A DNA stretch of 10,533 bases from positions 1 to 10,533 of the forward strand of contig JBJCIZ010001054.1 in the NCBI GenBank assembly GCA_051294375.1, read 5' to 3'. This stretch comes from Paraspadella gotoi (Eukaryota; Animalia; Chaetognatha). A program made the translations under genes and the position numbers. The notes below the pieces were generated by a model that had not been told where the DNA came from, did not search any database, and saw only the letters and a list, made by a program, of their open reading frames with translations. Shown in pieces: positions 8,202 through 10,533 of this stretch (its first letter is position 1; every line of letters begins with the position of its first letter).

Positions 8202-8776
8202 AAACACCAATTACTCGTGATTGATGATAGATTGTATTGAAATTTTTTGTGTGTTGGTGGGAAGTGTTGATTGAGCTGGATATGAATTTTTCGATGGAAT
8301 CGTCCGAGTGAAAATGATTTAAATGAAAAAAAAATATATTTCACTTTTAAACACCATGGCTCATAGAGTGGATGGGGCGGATTACCTGAAATTTTGTATG
8401 TGGATAGGAAGTGTGTGTCAAGCTGGAAATCAAGTTTCGATGGAATCGTCCGAGTGGAAATGAGTTTAAATGAAAAAAAAAACATATTTCACTTTTTAAA
8501 CACCAATTGCTCATGAGTGGATGGGCGATTGACCTGAAATTTTGTTATGTGGATAGGAAAGTGTGTGATCAAGCTGGAAATCAAGTTTCGATGGAATCGT
8601 CCGAGTGGAAATGAGTTTAAATGAAAAAAAAAATATATTTCACTTTTTAAACACCAATTGCTCCATGAGTGGATGGGCGATTGACCTTAAATTTTGTATG
8701 TGGATAGAAGAATGTGTGATCAAGCTGGAAATCAAGTTTCGATGGAATCGTTTGAGTGGAAATGAGTTTAAATGAA
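8202..8776 (+). repeat. ~150-bp tandem repeat, just under 4 copies
   Basis: The anchor cgatggaatcg recurs at 8292, 8438, 8589 and 8740 (spacings 146, 151, 151). aaacacca, gaaatttt, agctgga and the poly-A/tatttcacttt blocks recur in register. The first copy is the most diverged. Confidence 0.95.
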
Positions 8777-8849
8777 ATAAATTAATAAATTGAATTAATA
8801 ACTAAGTGATTATGCTTTTTCTTTTTTTATATAAATGTAAATGCAAGAT

Positions 8850-8935
8850 GTATTAATTAATCAAATAATTAATCACAGTTAATTAATCCAATTAGTCAAT
8901 TAATTAATCAATAATTAATCATCAATCAATCAAGT
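8850..8935. repeat. AT-rich low-complexity repeat of taattaatca-like units
   Basis: Several copies of (t)aattaatc(a) followed by (tcaa)n. Confidence 0.75.
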
Positions 8936-9837
8936 AAATTGTTAATAGTATTATTCTCATCGTCATCTTTCTATATAATAATTACTTTCCACTCTTTTCC
9001 CCTCTCTTTTTCACCCATTCTCTCTCTTCTCTTATCTTTCTCTTTCTCACTGCGATTTTTTGCATTAAAAATTGTTAATTCTTTTTCAAAAAGGGCTTAA
9101 TTATTTTAATGTTTAATTTTTTGGCCTTTAGTTACGGATTGCTGACGCTTCAATAAAAGATGCGGTCAACCTTAGTATGTTTATCATCTATTAAAACTAC
9201 AAAAATAAGTCAAAAACCGAGTTTTTAGTTCATAAAAACGGCACCTCACAAATCCTCACAAATTAAAAAGTAGGCTTTAAAAAGTTTTGCAGCAAAAGTA
9301 TTACATTTTTTGCCCTAATTTTTTAGGTACCAGAAGCACCGTTGATAGGGTATATTTGATTAGAATTGTGGACATTTTGAAGTATTTTCGTTTAACAAAT
9401 TGTAATAAAAAGTAAAAATGTTGTAAGTTTTTGACCAGTCAATTTAAAAATTAATTCATAGGCAAACCATAGATGACTAATGGCAAATGAACCAACTCAG
9501 AAGAAGATAAGAAGGACCTGGAAGCCGGAGTAAAAAAAATTTTCTTCAACGATCTTGGCGTTCAAATCTCAAGACAAAAGTCAAAATGGACAAAAATGGA
9601 CATAATTTTTTTGAATTAAAAGTAGCAAAAATGATATTGATTCTTGATTAGAATATTCAGCAGATCATTTCAATTAATCCGTAGTCCAGCCCACTTTGTC
9701 TGAGGGTTCAAATTTAATCAATTTTGTTGGTAATATTCTAGCAATATTGCAAAAAGTGTTTTTTTGTTGAATTCCTCGATCAAAATCACTGCCAACAGCG
9801 AGAAGAGAAAAAGTAACTACGAAGGATTAAGGGGAAG

Positions 9838-10365
9838 TCATTGGTGAGGCGACGGTGCTTTAAAAGTAAGTCTACAATATGGCGGAAAGAGAGGTAAGGC
9901 GGTCTTCCTGTCGTTATTGTTATTGTTGTTATTGTGGTTCTGTTTCAGCAGCAATCCCTTTCTCTCACTGACTTTCGACAGTTCTTTGATTGACTTTATG
10001 AAGTCTCCAAATTCCATCTCGAGATTCCCTTTCTCCCGATCCTTCCCTTTCAAGATGGACATTTCATGCTTGACCATTTTCTTCAAAACCGGGTCCGCTA
10101 GAAAATGTAATTTCTTTGAAATAATCTCAGTGTACGTCTCTTGCGTTGAGAACGTTGCGGCGCGATAGGTTTCCTTGGCGCGGATATGGAATTTTTCCAT
10201 TTGCAGGATGAAGATGCGTACGCCGGCGTGGTCCTTGTCTGACTTTGAACCCTTTAACAAGTCCTCAAGCATTTGTTGCGCCGTGAAGTTTTTTCTACCG
10301 AATTCGATCGTTAATGCGGTTTTCACCTTCTCAAGTGCCTCCGAAAAATTTCCTGATGCCTCGTG
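9838..10365 (-). CDS. Isolated BEL/Pao Gag capsid-like segment (exon candidate or truncated TE fragment) with a poly-Asn tail
   Basis: Stop-free frame that aligns by eye, collinearly, with the gag at ~2000-1640. EALEKVKTALTIEFG matches AALDDALAVLKRKWG; TAQQMLEDLLKGSK matches TVEEMIEMILSGPK; DHAGVRIF matches DPAALHDL; AKETYRAA matches ATKIGRLA; KKLHFLAD..KKMV matches (KRM)HFSD..RKLV; MEFGDFIK matches LSFRDFLF. Gag homology is well supported; functional coding status is not. Confidence 0.65.
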   Translation of the reverse strand, partial: HEASGNFSEALEKVKTALTIEFGRKNFTAQQMLEDLLKGSKSDKDHAGVRIFILQMEKFHIRAKETYRAATFSTQETYTEIISKKLHFLADPVLKKMVKHEMSILKGKDREKGNLEMEFGDFIKSIKELSKVSERKGLLLKQNHNNNNNNNDRKTALPLFPPYCRLTFKAPSPHQ

Positions 10366-10533
10366 CTGTGAAACAATTGAAACAATTGAAACAAAAATAA
10401 TATTGTTTTGATTTATTTGCAAGTATCAAAATGTTATTAGTGCCGTAGTAACAGTTCAGTTTAAGCCCTTGAAAGTGATTTACATGTATTGGCTCAGTCA
10501 CTGGTTTCAAACTTGTTTCCGATTGCGTGTATG

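Larger units (their letters stand above)
7971..8776 (+). mobile_element. Helentron-associated (HINE)/DINE-1-like non-autonomous element, probably 3'-truncated
   Basis: A T-run is followed by a subterminal hairpin agtcggattctgct-tatt-agcagatcccgact (7976-8007, 12/14 paired). Then come gtcggtccgtcggtcc, a GTCY microsatellite and an internal tandem array. This order matches the DINE-1/HINE architecture. No 3' subterminal repeat or stem-loop was found. Confidence 0.6.

Noticed and set aside
8202-8776. Regularly spaced repeats as a CRISPR array
   Set aside because: Whole ~150-bp units repeat with no unique spacers, there are no cas genes, and the context is eukaryotic.
10366-10422. N-terminal extension MQINQNNIIFVSIVSIVSQ of ORF 9838-10422 as a signal peptide or true start
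   Set aside because: It starts at a non-ATG codon, and VSIVSIVS comes from a 9-bp tandem repeat (gaaacaatt, 10370-10395) in AT-rich, intron-like sequence.

Overview
Eukaryotic, probably invertebrate, repeat-rich DNA from a gapped draft assembly. No intact host gene is recognisable. Positions 1 to about 6024 hold a decayed BEL/Pao (Belpaoviridae) LTR retrotransposon on the minus strand. In transcription order it has a candidate 5' LTR (~6024-5209), a long leader containing a hairpin and a possible extra ORF (4284-3776), and a frameshifted gag (3548-1194) with capsid region and the diagnostic LCFNC..H..C..C.C...HHPLLH zinc knuckles. Then come an aspartic-protease remnant and a pre-RT segment that joins directly to RNase H, so the reverse transcriptase appears deleted. 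Positions 6050-7960 are AT-rich, with a purine-to-pyrimidine strand switch and (CT)n microsatellites. Positions 7971-8776 resemble a Helentron-associated/DINE-1-like non-autonomous element (hairpin, GTCY microsatellite, ~150-bp tandem array). At 10365-9838 (minus) is a second, divergent, stop-free BEL/Pao Gag capsid segment. It lacks zinc knuckles and other element parts, and begins right after a phase-0 splice-acceptor-like site, making it a candidate exonised or domesticated capsid. All protein assignments come from manual translation and motif recognition, not database searches.
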